Both the position numbers and the translations under genes were made by a program. Below, piece after piece: positions 30,410 through 40,119 of a stretch of 64,000 nucleotides of DNA. The notes beneath the pieces are model-generated. The model ran no database searches. It was not told the origin of the DNA and saw nothing but the letters and a program-made list of their open reading frames with translations. How positions within the stretch are numbered: position 1 is the first letter of the stretch; each line of letters starts with the position of its first letter. Source of the stretch: an uncultured Gammaproteobacteria bacterium (GTDB taxonomy: Bacteria > Patescibacteriota > Patescibacteriia > UBA2196 > GWA2-42-15); assembly GCA_964573135.1 (NCBI GenBank), contig CAZNIO010000005.1:3362-67361 (forward strand), in the 5' to 3' direction.

Positions 30410-30898
30410 ATGGATAAACAACATAAATCTAAAGAAAAGCCAATCAAATGGTCATTCAAAGAATACGAAAAGTATGACCGTAATCGAGGCTGGTATCTAA
30501 TAACCGCAATTATTGGTGGATTAATACTAGTCTACTCTGTCTTGACAGCTAACTTTCTATTCGCTTTAATTACCATAATGATTGGTATTATCTTAGTCAT
30601 CAATCATCATCATGAACCAGCGCAAATTCAATTTGAAATAAACCATCAAGGCATAAAAATCGGCAAAAAAGAATACAAATATAGTGAGCTTGAAAATTTC
30701 TGGATTATCTATCAACCACCAGACGTAAAAAACTTATACCTTAATTTTAAATCTAATATAAGACCAAGGCTTACAGTTCCTCTAGGCGAAGAGGATCCAG
30801 TTCACATCAAAGCTCATCTAAGGCAATGTCTAGAAGAAGATTTAGAACAAGAAAACGAACCAGCTTCCGAAACCTTGGGCAGACTCTTCAAGCTCTAA
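30410..30898 (+). CDS. Conserved two-TM membrane protein with a PH-like C-terminal domain
   Basis: W-x-x-x-EY...WY, two TMs, GIKIGKKEYKYSELENFWI. Confidence 0.6.
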   Translation: MDKQHKSKEKPIKWSFKEYEKYDRNRGWYLITAIIGGLILVYSVLTANFLFALITIMIGIILVINHHHEPAQIQFEINHQGIKIGKKEYKYSELENFWIIYQPPDVKNLYLNFKSNIRPRLTVPLGEEDPVHIKAHLRQCLEEDLEQENEPASETLGRLFKL

Positions 30899-30922
30899 TA
30901 CGCGCTATTCACCTAACTAAAA

Positions 30923-30997
30923 GCCCTCGTAGTTCAACGGATAGAACATAAGCTTGCGGAGCTTACGATCTAGGTTCGATTCCTAGCGAGGGTACCA
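30923..30997 (+). tRNA. tRNA-Arg(GCG)
   Basis: GCCCTCGTAGTTCAACGGATAGAAC (A20), TAAGC-TT-GCG-GA-GCTTA, GGTTCGATTCC, ACCA. Confidence 0.93.
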
Positions 30998-31012
30998 GTA
31001 CCATTTATTTAT

Positions 31013-31043
31013 AAAACCACCTCAATAAAACGAGGTGGTTTTT
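31013..31043. terminator. Bidirectional terminator between tRNA-Arg and trmB
   Basis: AAAACCACCTC-N8-GAGGTGGTTTT. Confidence 0.85.
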
Positions 31044-31063
31044 AAATTATATAAATCATTATA

Positions 31064-31846
31064 CTAAAACTGTTCCAGATCGGCCCACATAAATTCAAAC
31101 CACATCTTAAATGATTTTACGATTGCCGAACTTTCAATAACAATTCCAGACGGATGATCAACCACATCAATAAAAACAATTTTATCTAACCAACATAAAA
31201 CATCAGTAGTAAAATCATCTTCTCCTTTCGGCCAAGCCTTGTAACAATGCTTATTTTGGCTCTTCTTCATTAAATCAACATATTGTCGACCAACCTCTGA
31301 TTCATAAATAATACCTCTTTTTGTCATCTCATGTGCAACATCAATATATTTCTTGCTTTTCATCCATCCTGGCAAAAGAGACTCTAGGCGAGCCGGAGAA
31401 AAAATAGTTAAAAGCTCAGAGCTAAATAACTGCTTTTTCAAATCACGACGAATTTCATCATATATATTTTCAATTCCTTCTTTGCCCTCAAAAAAACGAA
31501 TTTTAGTTCTTTGATTCTTTCCCACCTGAAGAGCGTCAAAGACGCTAGCAGCCTTAATGAAATCATTCTCTAAGAACTGAAGTTCTTTTTGCTGACGCGA
31601 TATATAAGCCAATAAATCTGCATAACCAATTGCCTCGTATTTACGAGTATTTTTCTCTTCAATTTTAGTCAAAAGTCCTTTTTTTTGTAAATCTTCAGCA
31701 ATGTCATAAACATGTGTTCGAGTAACGCCTGATTCATCAGCAATACTGCTCACGCTAGAAGACCCCAGCTTGGTTAAAGCTAAAAAAATCTTAACCTCTT
31801 TTTCACCTAATCCCAAACGTGATAATAATTGGCTAATATTAGTCAT
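31064..31846 (-). CDS. TrmB family transcriptional regulator
   Basis: LGLGEKEVKIFLAL...IADESGVTRTHVYDIAEDLQKKGL wHTH; IRFFEGKEGI linker; IVIESSAIVKSFKMWFEFMW end. Confidence 0.88.
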   Translation of the reverse strand: MTNISQLLSRLGLGEKEVKIFLALTKLGSSSVSSIADESGVTRTHVYDIAEDLQKKGLLTKIEEKNTRKYEAIGYADLLAYISRQQKELQFLENDFIKAASVFDALQVGKNQRTKIRFFEGKEGIENIYDEIRRDLKKQLFSSELLTIFSPARLESLLPGWMKSKKYIDVAHEMTKRGIIYESEVGRQYVDLMKKSQNKHCYKAWPKGEDDFTTDVLCWLDKIVFIDVVDHPSGIVIESSAIVKSFKMWFEFMWADLEQF

Positions 31847-31882
31847 ATGGTTTAATTGTTGTAAATAATTACCGACAACTTA

Positions 31883-31911
31883 AGTATACACTATCATTTT
31901 AGCCTTGTCAA
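31883..31911 (-). promoter_or_regulatory. trmB promoter
   Basis: TTGACA-N17-TATACT on the minus strand. Confidence 0.8.
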
Positions 31912-31935
31912 TAGGAAAAAAGATGTAAATAATAC

Positions 31936-31964
31936 TTGACAAACTTATCAATATAGTGTATACT
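31936..31964 (+). promoter_or_regulatory. Promoter of the divergent small ORF
   Basis: TTGACA-N17-TATACT on the plus strand. Confidence 0.8.
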
Positions 31965-32020
31965 ACTCTAATACACAAATAAATAAAATCGTTCATTTCC
32001 TTTAATAAAGAGGTACTATC

Positions 32021-32170
32021 ATGGTACTCCATTATTGGTTATTTATATCAGGATTAAGCATGTTCCTAGTAGGAATAACTCGCGTAATAAAAAATCGGGA
32101 TAAGTATCTCAGCATATTTTGGCTTATCCTTTCTATTGCGCAGTTAATAACTGCGTATGCACTAAAGTAA
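32021..32170 (+). CDS. 49-aa two-TM small membrane protein (not in ORF track)
   Basis: MVLHYWLFISGLSMFLVGITRVIKNRDKYLSIFWLILSIAQLITAYALK*; SD AAAGAGGT, consensus promoter and own terminator. Confidence 0.75.
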   Translation: MVLHYWLFISGLSMFLVGITRVIKNRDKYLSIFWLILSIAQLITAYALK

Positions 32171-32174
32171 AAGT

Positions 32175-32216
32175 AGCTGGCTGTATACTACTCGTATGCA
32201 GCCAGCTCTTTATTTT
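32175..32216 (+). terminator. Intrinsic terminator after the small ORF
   Basis: AGCTGGCTGTATAC-TACTC-GTATGCAGCCAGCT followed by a T-rich tail. Confidence 0.8.
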
Positions 32217-32249
32217 GCCCAAATCCACGCAACCTGTTAACATTAAAAC

Positions 32250-34340
32250 ATGATAAATTTAGATACAGAGGTAGAGGCTATATCCCCTATTGCAAAAAAA
32301 ATAACCCCTAAATTAAAAAAACTTGGCATCCATACTGCTGGGGATCTTTTACATTATTTACCCTTCAGATGGGAAGATTGGACAAAAATCAAACTCATAA
32401 AAGATATCGAGCCAAACACAAACGTAACTATAAAAGGACAAATTGAACTTATTCAAAACAAACGTTCTCAGTGGAAAAAAAGACTAATTACCGAAGCCAT
32501 TATAACTGACGAGACTGACCAAATCAAAGCAATCTGGTTCCATCAACCCTATCTAATTCAAAACCTCCACCCAGGAGATCAGCTTTATCTCTCAGGCAAA
32601 GTAGATCAAAAAGAAGACGGGCTGCAATTTGTCCATCCCAATTTCGAAAAAATTACTAAGTATAAAACAACCACCACTCATACTGCAAGAATAGTGCCCA
32701 TCTATCCTTTAACTAAAAACGTAACCACCAAACAACTCCGTTTCCTTATAAGTAGAATAATCCATTTATCTAATAAAATACCAGAGTGGCTACCTGATGA
32801 TATTATACTAGAAAATAAGTTAAACAAACTACCAATCGCACTAAAACAAATTCACTTCCCAGATAGCCAAAATCTACTCAACCAAGCAAAAGACAGACTA
32901 AAATTCAATGAGTTCTTTCTGCTTCAATTACGCACAAATCTAGCCAAACAAGAACTTAAAAAAAATAAAAGTCTACCCATAAAATTCCACGAAAAAGAAA
33001 CTAAAAAATTCGTGGATTCTCTTCCTTTTACGCTAACCTCAGCCCAAAAAATAGCTGCTTGGGAAATAATAAAAAACATGGGAAAAAATACTCCAATGAA
33101 CCGCTTACTCGAAGGCGATGTTGGGTCAGGTAAAACAATCGTAGCTTGCTTAGCGATTCTCAATAGCACACTGAATAATTGCCAAACAGCCTACATGGCT
33201 CCCACAGAAATTTTAGCTAGCCAACATTTCAATACCATTGCTCAACTATTTAAAGGCTTACCCATAAATATCGCCCTGTTAACTAGAACAGAAAAAAAAC
33301 TAATTAACTGCAAAACAAGCAAAACACAAAATCTCAAATCAGATATATATAAATCTATATCCTCTGGAAAAATTGATCTAGCTATTGGCACACATGCCCT
33401 CATACAAGATAAAGTTACCTTCAATAATTTAGGATTAATTATTATTGATGAACAACACCGCTTTGGCGTTCAGCAAAGAAAAAGCCTAAAACAAAAAAAT
33501 AAAAAGGGGGCTATACCGCACTTGTTATCAATGACGGCCACCCCCATTCCACGCTCACTTGCTCTAACAGCCTACGGAGATTTAGATCTCTCGATCATCA
33601 ATCAGATGCCTAAAGGACGTAAAAAAATAATAACTCAAGTAGTACCGTCTGAAAAACGTCCGGAAAAATATAAATTTATTCAAGAACAAATAAAACAAGG
33701 CAGGCAGGCATTTGTTATTTGTCCCCTAATTGACCCATCAGATAAATTGGGCGTTAAGGCAGTAAAAGATGAATACAAAAAACTAAATGAAAAAATATTT
33801 CCTAATCTCCATATTGGTCTAATGCATGGCAAACTTAAAACCAACGTTAAAGAAAAAGTCATGAATGACTTTTTAAATAATAAAACTCAAATCTTAGTTT
33901 CCACTCCTGTTATTGAAGTTGGTATTGACGTACCTAACGCCACTATTATGCTGATAGAATCAGCTGAGCGCTTTGGTTTGTCTCAATTGCATCAATTCCG
34001 TGGTCGAGTTGGGAGAAGCAACCACCAATCATATTGTTTTCTTCTTACGGAATCTGACTCCGAAGTCTCCATAAAGCGCATGCATGCGCTTATGGAATAT
34101 AATGATGGGTTTAAACTAGCTGAAAAAGACCTAGAATTTCGCGGCCCAGGAGAAGTATATGGCATTTCACAATCCGGCTATCAAGATGAATTAAAAATTG
34201 CTAAACTTACAGATTATCTCATCATAAAAAAATCAAAAAGTGCTGTTGAAAAAATCATCTCAAGAGATCCAAACCTCAAAAAAAACCCTTTAATCCGTCA
34301 AAAAATAGATGAATTTGAAAATAAAATTCATTTAGAATAA
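32250..34340 (+). CDS. recG: ATP-dependent DNA helicase RecG
   Basis: OB wedge, GDVGSGKT, APTEILA, DEQHRFG, MTATPIPRSL, QLHQFRGRVGR, DGFKLAEKDLEFRGPGE. Confidence 0.97.
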   Translation: MINLDTEVEAISPIAKKITPKLKKLGIHTAGDLLHYLPFRWEDWTKIKLIKDIEPNTNVTIKGQIELIQNKRSQWKKRLITEAIITDETDQIKAIWFHQPYLIQNLHPGDQLYLSGKVDQKEDGLQFVHPNFEKITKYKTTTTHTARIVPIYPLTKNVTTKQLRFLISRIIHLSNKIPEWLPDDIILENKLNKLPIALKQIHFPDSQNLLNQAKDRLKFNEFFLLQLRTNLAKQELKKNKSLPIKFHEKETKKFVDSLPFTLTSAQKIAAWEIIKNMGKNTPMNRLLEGDVGSGKTIVACLAILNSTLNNCQTAYMAPTEILASQHFNTIAQLFKGLPINIALLTRTEKKLINCKTSKTQNLKSDIYKSISSGKIDLAIGTHALIQDKVTFNNLGLIIIDEQHRFGVQQRKSLKQKNKKGAIPHLLSMTATPIPRSLALTAYGDLDLSIINQMPKGRKKIITQVVPSEKRPEKYKFIQEQIKQGRQAFVICPLIDPSDKLGVKAVKDEYKKLNEKIFPNLHIGLMHGKLKTNVKEKVMNDFLNNKTQILVSTPVIEVGIDVPNATIMLIESAERFGLSQLHQFRGRVGRSNHQSYCFLLTESDSEVSIKRMHALMEYNDGFKLAEKDLEFRGPGEVYGISQSGYQDELKIAKLTDYLIIKKSKSAVEKIISRDPNLKKNPLIRQKIDEFENKIHLE

Positions 34341-34359
34341 GCTAAATACAATAGGCCCA

Positions 34360-34385
34360 AAAAAGCACCTTCACAGGTGCTTTTT
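34360..34385. terminator. Bidirectional terminator between recG and dsbA
   Basis: AAAAAGCACCT-TCAC-AGGTGCTTTTT. Confidence 0.85.
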
Positions 34386-34407
34386 AATTAATATTTTAAA
34401 ATATTTA

Positions 34408-35112
34408 TTAATTCTTAAGTTCTTTTCTGATTACTCCCTCAATTTCCTCTTGGCTAGCCGCAAAATCTATCACACTTTTACCAATAAATAAATATGGGGT
34501 AGCATCTACTCCTAACCTCTGTCCGTCTTCCAGGCCTTGACCAACTTTTTTAATATACTTTTGTGTCTCTAGACAACTATTAAATAATTGTAAATCTAAA
34601 TCCAATTCAAGAGCCAACTGATTATACAGTTCTCGTGACAATTGGTCTTGATTAACAAAAAGATAATCATGATACTGCCAAAATTTACCCTGCTCTTCTG
34701 CACACCTAGATGCCAATGCCGCCAACCTCGCTTGGGGATGTGATGGATTTGGAAAATCTTTCCAAACTAATCCAACTTTCCCATCAAATTTAGCTAATAT
34801 ATTTATTAAAGACTCTTGAATCTGTGAGCAATAAGGACACTCAAAATCTCCAAATTCTAAAATTAACAATTCAATCCCCTGATCACCACGTAATGGGTCG
34901 TCTTCCCCTACAAGCGCCAAATAAACATCTTCTGCAGAGGTGACTAAAGGGTCTATCTGCTGTTGATTATCCTGAACTTCCTCGCTAGACGGCTGTATTA
35001 TATTTATGTCCTCCCCGCCGTCCCAAAATGACATCATCATCCAAATAAAAAAAACACCTACCAGCAAAACAATTGAAACCGTTATAAATGTTACTACAGA
35101 GGATTTATTCAT
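34408..35112 (-). CDS. DsbA family thiol-disulfide oxidoreductase
   Basis: N-terminal TM, EFGDFECPYC, QGKFWQYHD, GVDATP cis-Pro motif. Confidence 0.92.
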   Translation of the reverse strand: MNKSSVVTFITVSIVLLVGVFFIWMMMSFWDGGEDINIIQPSSEEVQDNQQQIDPLVTSAEDVYLALVGEDDPLRGDQGIELLILEFGDFECPYCSQIQESLINILAKFDGKVGLVWKDFPNPSHPQARLAALASRCAEEQGKFWQYHDYLFVNQDQLSRELYNQLALELDLDLQLFNSCLETQKYIKKVGQGLEDGQRLGVDATPYLFIGKSVIDFAASQEEIEGVIRKELKN

Positions 35113-35116
35113 ATAA

Positions 35117-36403
35117 CTATCTTAATCTTAAATAATATAATTTATTAGTAAAGGCGTCCCAGAAATAAAGTCGGCTGCTATCATCCGTTATAAATATTTT
35201 TTTAACTTGAAAACTATCAATACTCTCAGACAATACAGGATAAGCAACCAGCCGACTCAAGCCAGTTGATAAATCAATTTTATAAAAAACGTCAGCTGAA
35301 TCATTTAATAAATCTGGATAAAAACCAGCACCTTCGGGCAAACTTACCGGCACAGCGCAATACACTGTCTTATTGTCACGTGCAAATACGCATTTGTCCA
35401 CCCATGTTGATAGCCCTAAATTAAAATTATTTCCGCCTATGTTATCCCCTTGCGCATCTGCCACCCAGAGAATTGGATTATAATTATTATCATAATCTAT
35501 CACCTGATAAAGAATTCGATCCCCCTGAGGCGACCATATTCCTTTAAAATTTGACCCTTCAACCACCAATGATTTATTATTCTCATCATTCAAACCAATA
35601 AAAAACACTTCTTCCTTGTTCAATCCTACTGATTTATGATACAAAGCAACAACTTCGTTAGTTGGTGACCAACTAACCTGCACACTGTCTCCCTGATCGC
35701 CCAAATGCTCTACCGCCTCAGTTTTACCACCAGTATCATCTGCTATTAGCAACCAGTTGTCCTCATCATTATCACTTATATATTTATATGCAATCCCCTC
35801 AGAATTATTACGCCAGCTAGGATCAGTCATACCTTGAGGCAAACTTATCTGCTTACCTGAAGCTAAATCATATATGATATTAGCTCCATCTGGATATTCA
35901 AGAATGACTTTTCTATTATCAGGCGAAAAATATGCATCTTCAACATGCGGAAACTCTTTGTCAGACAAAAGCGTTTTACCAGAGCCATCAAGAGAAATGC
36001 GATAAAATTTATCATCTTCAATACTCAAATAGCTAAGGCTACCTTGACCTAAATTAACATCAGCTAACTCATCCTCCATTACTCCAGTGACCTGGGTTAA
36101 AGATCCGCTAGCCACGTTATCAACCTTGCCTTCCACCTCAAAATCAGTAATTAAACCATCTTCTTCTCCTTGACTACCTGGCTCTCCAGGTAGTTGACCG
36201 GGTGGGCTAATAAGTCCAATAACGCCACCAACCCCAGTGCCAGGCAACTCACCACCAACTCCTACAGCCACATCGCCTCCAGCAGGGGCGTCTTCCGCCG
36301 GTTGTCGAAAAAATACCAACCACAAAACACCAATTATCAAACCAACTCCAATAATCAAAATCAAACCCCCTAAAATTATTCTCTTATAATCCAAATTAGG
36401 CAT
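35117..36403 (-). CDS. Membrane-anchored beta-propeller (TolB/WD40-like) protein
   Basis: N-terminal TM, G/P-rich linker, repeated FSPD/WRNN/WSPT/WSPQG blades. Start taken at MPNLDY. Confidence 0.7.
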   Translation of the reverse strand: MPNLDYKRIILGGLILIIGVGLIIGVLWLVFFRQPAEDAPAGGDVAVGVGGELPGTGVGGVIGLISPPGQLPGEPGSQGEEDGLITDFEVEGKVDNVASGSLTQVTGVMEDELADVNLGQGSLSYLSIEDDKFYRISLDGSGKTLLSDKEFPHVEDAYFSPDNRKVILEYPDGANIIYDLASGKQISLPQGMTDPSWRNNSEGIAYKYISDNDEDNWLLIADDTGGKTEAVEHLGDQGDSVQVSWSPTNEVVALYHKSVGLNKEEVFFIGLNDENNKSLVVEGSNFKGIWSPQGDRILYQVIDYDNNYNPILWVADAQGDNIGGNNFNLGLSTWVDKCVFARDNKTVYCAVPVSLPEGAGFYPDLLNDSADVFYKIDLSTGLSRLVAYPVLSESIDSFQVKKIFITDDSSRLYFWDAFTNKLYYLRLR

Positions 36404-36413
36404 GTATTTAATA

Positions 36414-36998
36414 TTATTTCCACTCAATACTATCCACTAGCCACTCATCTTGCGCCCTTGTCATGGACACAAGCGCATTCTGATTGTATAAAGTAGTTTT
36501 ACCTTGATCGACCCTCTCTCTTCTCGTATAAACCAAAATATTAATATTTGAACCACTACTATTTAAGGTTTCAAGCTTAAAAGCCTGAGTGGTTATTCTT
36601 TCTTGGCTATCTTTACCCGAATTTCTTTCAATAAAATCATCAGCCCAAACTTTCATGCGATATGTCATCATTCCCCTTAATTCAGTAATATTTAGAAAAC
36701 CAGATTCAGGAGAATAACTACCAAGCATCTCAACAAAAAACTTAGCCCTGTTCTTAGCTACCACCTCTCGCTTGTCAAAATCCGACAGTTCTTTTTCTTC
36801 TTCATTCTTTTGTTCCTCGTCTCTAGCCGGAGGCAGTAAGCTACCACCAGGCTGATCATTCAAATTGATATCATTCAGCTTCTTAATTGGATTCTCTTGA
36901 CTGCCCTCTCTGTTAATTAAAAAATATCCTCCCACTCCAAGGAGTATAATAACCACAACAACCACTAGCGCTATAATAAACAACTTTTTTTTATCCAT
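36414..36998 (-). CDS. Bitopic membrane protein, candidate VirB8/TcpC-like NTF2-fold component
   Basis: N-terminal TM; AKFFVE helix...C-terminal EWLVDSIEWK strand resembling NTF2-like folds; adjacent to VirB4. Fold assignment is inference. Confidence 0.45.
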   Translation of the reverse strand: MDKKKLFIIALVVVVVIILLGVGGYFLINREGSQENPIKKLNDINLNDQPGGSLLPPARDEEQKNEEEKELSDFDKREVVAKNRAKFFVEMLGSYSPESGFLNITELRGMMTYRMKVWADDFIERNSGKDSQERITTQAFKLETLNSSGSNINILVYTRRERVDQGKTTLYNQNALVSMTRAQDEWLVDSIEWK

Positions 36999-37015
36999 AA
37001 ATTTCTAGTTTAAAA

Positions 37016-38908
37016 TTATTTCATCTTCCCTTCTCCTTCTTCTTTGTCAAACTCATCTTTAGCCTCCTCAATCTCAAGTAACTGCCGAGGATCTGAGGTT
37101 ATTATCTGGTCTTCGGTATATGATGCCACTACTTTAATTGCTACATGCTTAGACCCAGCAAAAAATATTCCCTCTCCCACACCTGATTCAAGTAATAAAT
37201 ATCTTTCACCCTGAGTTAACATAAACGTCTTAGAAACTACATCAATAGCAGCGGTTGATTGTCGCAATAACAACTGAATAGCCGAATTGGTTACAATCGC
37301 CTTTCCATATGGCGAATTTAAAAAATCGTTCACATCTTGAGTAATAGTAGTTAGTCCAAGATAATACTTACGGCACCTCTTAGCTAAAGCAAAAAGAAAT
37401 TTAGCACTATCTTCATACTGCATCAGCCACCAAGCTTCATCTACCACCAAAACTCTTTTCTTGAGTTCACTCCTTACAATATTCCATATATAATTAACAA
37501 TTGTATAAATAGCTATCGGTCGCAGCTCATCTTCCAAATCCCTCACAGAAAACACAACCAACTGATTAGCTACGTTAATATTGGTTTTATGATTCAATAA
37601 TCCAGAAAACGTACCTTGGGTATACTTACCCAATCTTTGAGCAACTGCATGCCCTCCCTCCATACCTTCGAGCACTTGTTCTAAATCAGACAAAATAGGA
37701 GGATCAACCTGTGATAAATCTGATCCAGGCGTAATATCATTTTTTGCATAAGTTTCAAGCAAAGCTTTATCAAGTAATGAATCTTCCTCATGGCTCAATT
37801 CGCCAACCATTAGCCGAACCAATCCTTTAACTGTAATAACAGCAGAACGTATAATATCCCCAGTTTTCTCCCCCTCCATCAAATTAGCCGGTAAATCAAA
37901 AGGATTAATTTTACTTTCAGAGCTTAAGGCAATATTAATATATGTTCCGCCAACCGCCTCGGATAAATACTGATATTCCCTTTCTGGATCAATAATAATT
38001 ACATCAGTGCCTTGCATCATTGAGCGCAACACCTCTAATTTGATAGCATAACTTTTACCAGCTCCAGACGTAGCAAAAACAACTGTATTGGCATTTTGTA
38101 AACTAAAACGATCAAACAAAATTAAACTATTATTATGTCGATTAATGCCATAAAGTATTCCATTATCTGAAGTTAGTTCTGATGACACAAAAGGGAAAGT
38201 CGAGGCAATCGGCGATGTATTCAAATTTGTATAGACCTGTAACTCATCACGGCCTAACGGCAACGTAGAATTAAACCCTCGCTCTGTTTGCCAAATAGCC
38301 CGTCTGGTATAAACTAGTTTCGAATTAATAGTTGATTCTATCCATTCCATGGCCTCTTCTAACTCTTTTTCAGAATCTGTATAAACAGTTAGATATAAGC
38401 CAAACTGGAAAAAATGTTCAACACCTTGAGTTAAGTCATCCCTTAATTTCTCAATGTCTTGATAAGCTGTCTCTTGCAAAGGATCTCTGGGCGCGCCTTT
38501 CTCTCGATCTGCCATAATTTGAGCGCCAACAGAACCAATTTTTTTCTTTAATTGCTTAAGCACGACCCCAGAAACTATAGGAAAAAAATACATAGATATA
38601 TCCATGGTAAAACTCGAATCAACCAACGAGTCAAACCAACCAACGGAGATATAACGAGGATAAGTGGTCACAAAAATAGTTGACACAAACTTACCATTGA
38701 GTTCCAAAAAGGTCGATTCAACCCGCATAGCCGCAGGCGCCATCAAGTCTTTTAATGTTACCACTCCTCGCTGATAAATTCGCTGGGCTTCTAAAATTTC
38801 TTTCTCTTGCTCAATTTGCACCTCTTCATTAACTGGGGCAACCTGGCTAGCCGGTACTTCTTCTTTTTTACCCGTCGTTTGTTTTTTTATTTCTGCCGGA
38901 TTAAACAT
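37016..38908 (-). CDS. virB4: VirB4-like type IV secretion ATPase
   Basis: STFPF, GILYGIN, ATSGAGKS (Walker A), IIDPEREY, INPFD, VVDEAW (Walker B), RCRKY, ITQDVNDF. Confidence 0.9.
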   Translation of the reverse strand: MFNPAEIKKQTTGKKEEVPASQVAPVNEEVQIEQEKEILEAQRIYQRGVVTLKDLMAPAAMRVESTFLELNGKFVSTIFVTTYPRYISVGWFDSLVDSSFTMDISMYFFPIVSGVVLKQLKKKIGSVGAQIMADREKGAPRDPLQETAYQDIEKLRDDLTQGVEHFFQFGLYLTVYTDSEKELEEAMEWIESTINSKLVYTRRAIWQTERGFNSTLPLGRDELQVYTNLNTSPIASTFPFVSSELTSDNGILYGINRHNNSLILFDRFSLQNANTVVFATSGAGKSYAIKLEVLRSMMQGTDVIIIDPEREYQYLSEAVGGTYINIALSSESKINPFDLPANLMEGEKTGDIIRSAVITVKGLVRLMVGELSHEEDSLLDKALLETYAKNDITPGSDLSQVDPPILSDLEQVLEGMEGGHAVAQRLGKYTQGTFSGLLNHKTNINVANQLVVFSVRDLEDELRPIAIYTIVNYIWNIVRSELKKRVLVVDEAWWLMQYEDSAKFLFALAKRCRKYYLGLTTITQDVNDFLNSPYGKAIVTNSAIQLLLRQSTAAIDVVSKTFMLTQGERYLLLESGVGEGIFFAGSKHVAIKVVASYTEDQIITSDPRQLLEIEEAKDEFDKEEGEGKMK

Positions 38909-38984
38909 AAAATCACATTAATATTTTAATATCTAAACACAATACTTAAAATTCAATATTCTATAAACACATCAACACACTAAA

Positions 38985-39668
38985 TTATTCCACATTTAAT
39001 TTACCAACATCAGTCATCTTTTGTCTTTTTGCAACCTCTGGGTTGTAAGTATTATAATACAGCTCTATCAAGCCTTGTGTATCAAGAAGCTGACTATTGA
39101 TCATCATACTAGATAATCCTCCTTGAACAACATTAACCCTTCTATCAATCTCTTGTTTGTATTTTAAAAATTGTTCTTTTTTTAAACCAATTGTCTTAAC
39201 TGCCTTAAAAGAATTAAAAAGCTTGCCGACCTTGCCTTGTTTCTTTTCGCCCTCTTGCGGATTATATGGAATCACTACATAAAATCTCTTTGATACAATA
39301 TCCCCCATCTCAACAAGATCTGCCACATATTTTCGATATTCACGAATCTGTATCTTTAAAAGTTCATTTGTTTGTTCTTTTTCTTTAGATTTCATTTCTT
39401 CCAAATATTTAGAAATATCTAAAGTCCTTGACTGTATTAATATTTGTACAGGAAAACTAATTGAATTAATAAAGGACATGTAGCCCTGAATAATAGCATT
39501 TTGTTCCTCTTCTGATTTCAACGCAAAATTTATGGAAGACGCTAAAAGCACAACAACCAAAGTATTATCTTTCATCACAACTGTGCTATCATGAATTTCC
39601 GCAATATCAATATATTGCTGGGTGGAAACTCTAAAATCACTCTTTTTCTTTTTTGTTTTTTCTGCCAT
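38985..39668 (-). CDS. VirB4-associated protein (TraC/TrsD-like N-terminal module)
   Basis: STQQYIDIAEI, SSINFALKSEEEQNAII, FPVQILIQSR, RFYVVIPY, LIELYYNTYNP; lies between PrgI and VirB4. Confidence 0.65.
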   Translation of the reverse strand: MAEKTKKKKSDFRVSTQQYIDIAEIHDSTVVMKDNTLVVVLLASSINFALKSEEEQNAIIQGYMSFINSISFPVQILIQSRTLDISKYLEEMKSKEKEQTNELLKIQIREYRKYVADLVEMGDIVSKRFYVVIPYNPQEGEKKQGKVGKLFNSFKAVKTIGLKKEQFLKYKQEIDRRVNVVQGGLSSMMINSQLLDTQGLIELYYNTYNPEVAKRQKMTDVGKLNVE

Positions 39669-39685
39669 AAATATTAATTAATTGA

Positions 39686-40114
39686 TCAACCCTCATACCG
39701 ACCACCAGTATCAACCATCAATGCCAACTCAGCCAATCGCTGAGAGCTAGTAACCTTCTTTTTTGGCCCAATATCAGATTTAATTTCTCGTACATTTTCT
39801 TCTTCCTGCAATTTAGCTAAATCAGCCTGAGTTACCTGCTTGTGCCATACACGCACCTTAGGTCTTTTAATTGCCTCAATCATGCTACTTACAAATTGAG
39901 AAAAATTACGACCATTAACTTTCACAAATCCAAATACAATAATAAAAACTACGACAATAAAAGTTATCAAAGCGAATGCGCCAGTATCCAATAATTTAAA
40001 TGAACCAAAACACACTATCCCCCCAATTACCATCATTATAAACTGTCTAGTGGTAATAGGGCCAATAATTCTATCCTCAACATTTATAAATTGTGGTGCT
40101 ACAAATCTATCCAT
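39686..40114 (-). CDS. PrgI family protein (VirB3-like)
   Basis: VAPQFINVEDRIIGPITTRQF, two TMs, RPKVRVW. Confidence 0.8.
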   Translation of the reverse strand: MDRFVAPQFINVEDRIIGPITTRQFIMMVIGGIVCFGSFKLLDTGAFALITFIVVVFIIVFGFVKVNGRNFSQFVSSMIEAIKRPKVRVWHKQVTQADLAKLQEEENVREIKSDIGPKKKVTSSQRLAELALMVDTGGRYEG

Positions 40115-40119
40115 AAAAA

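Noticed and set aside
30992-31003. GTACCA-GTACCA duplication at the tRNA-Arg 3' end as an att scar
   Set aside because: Only 6 bp, and no longer copy of the tRNA end was found downstream; compatible with chance.
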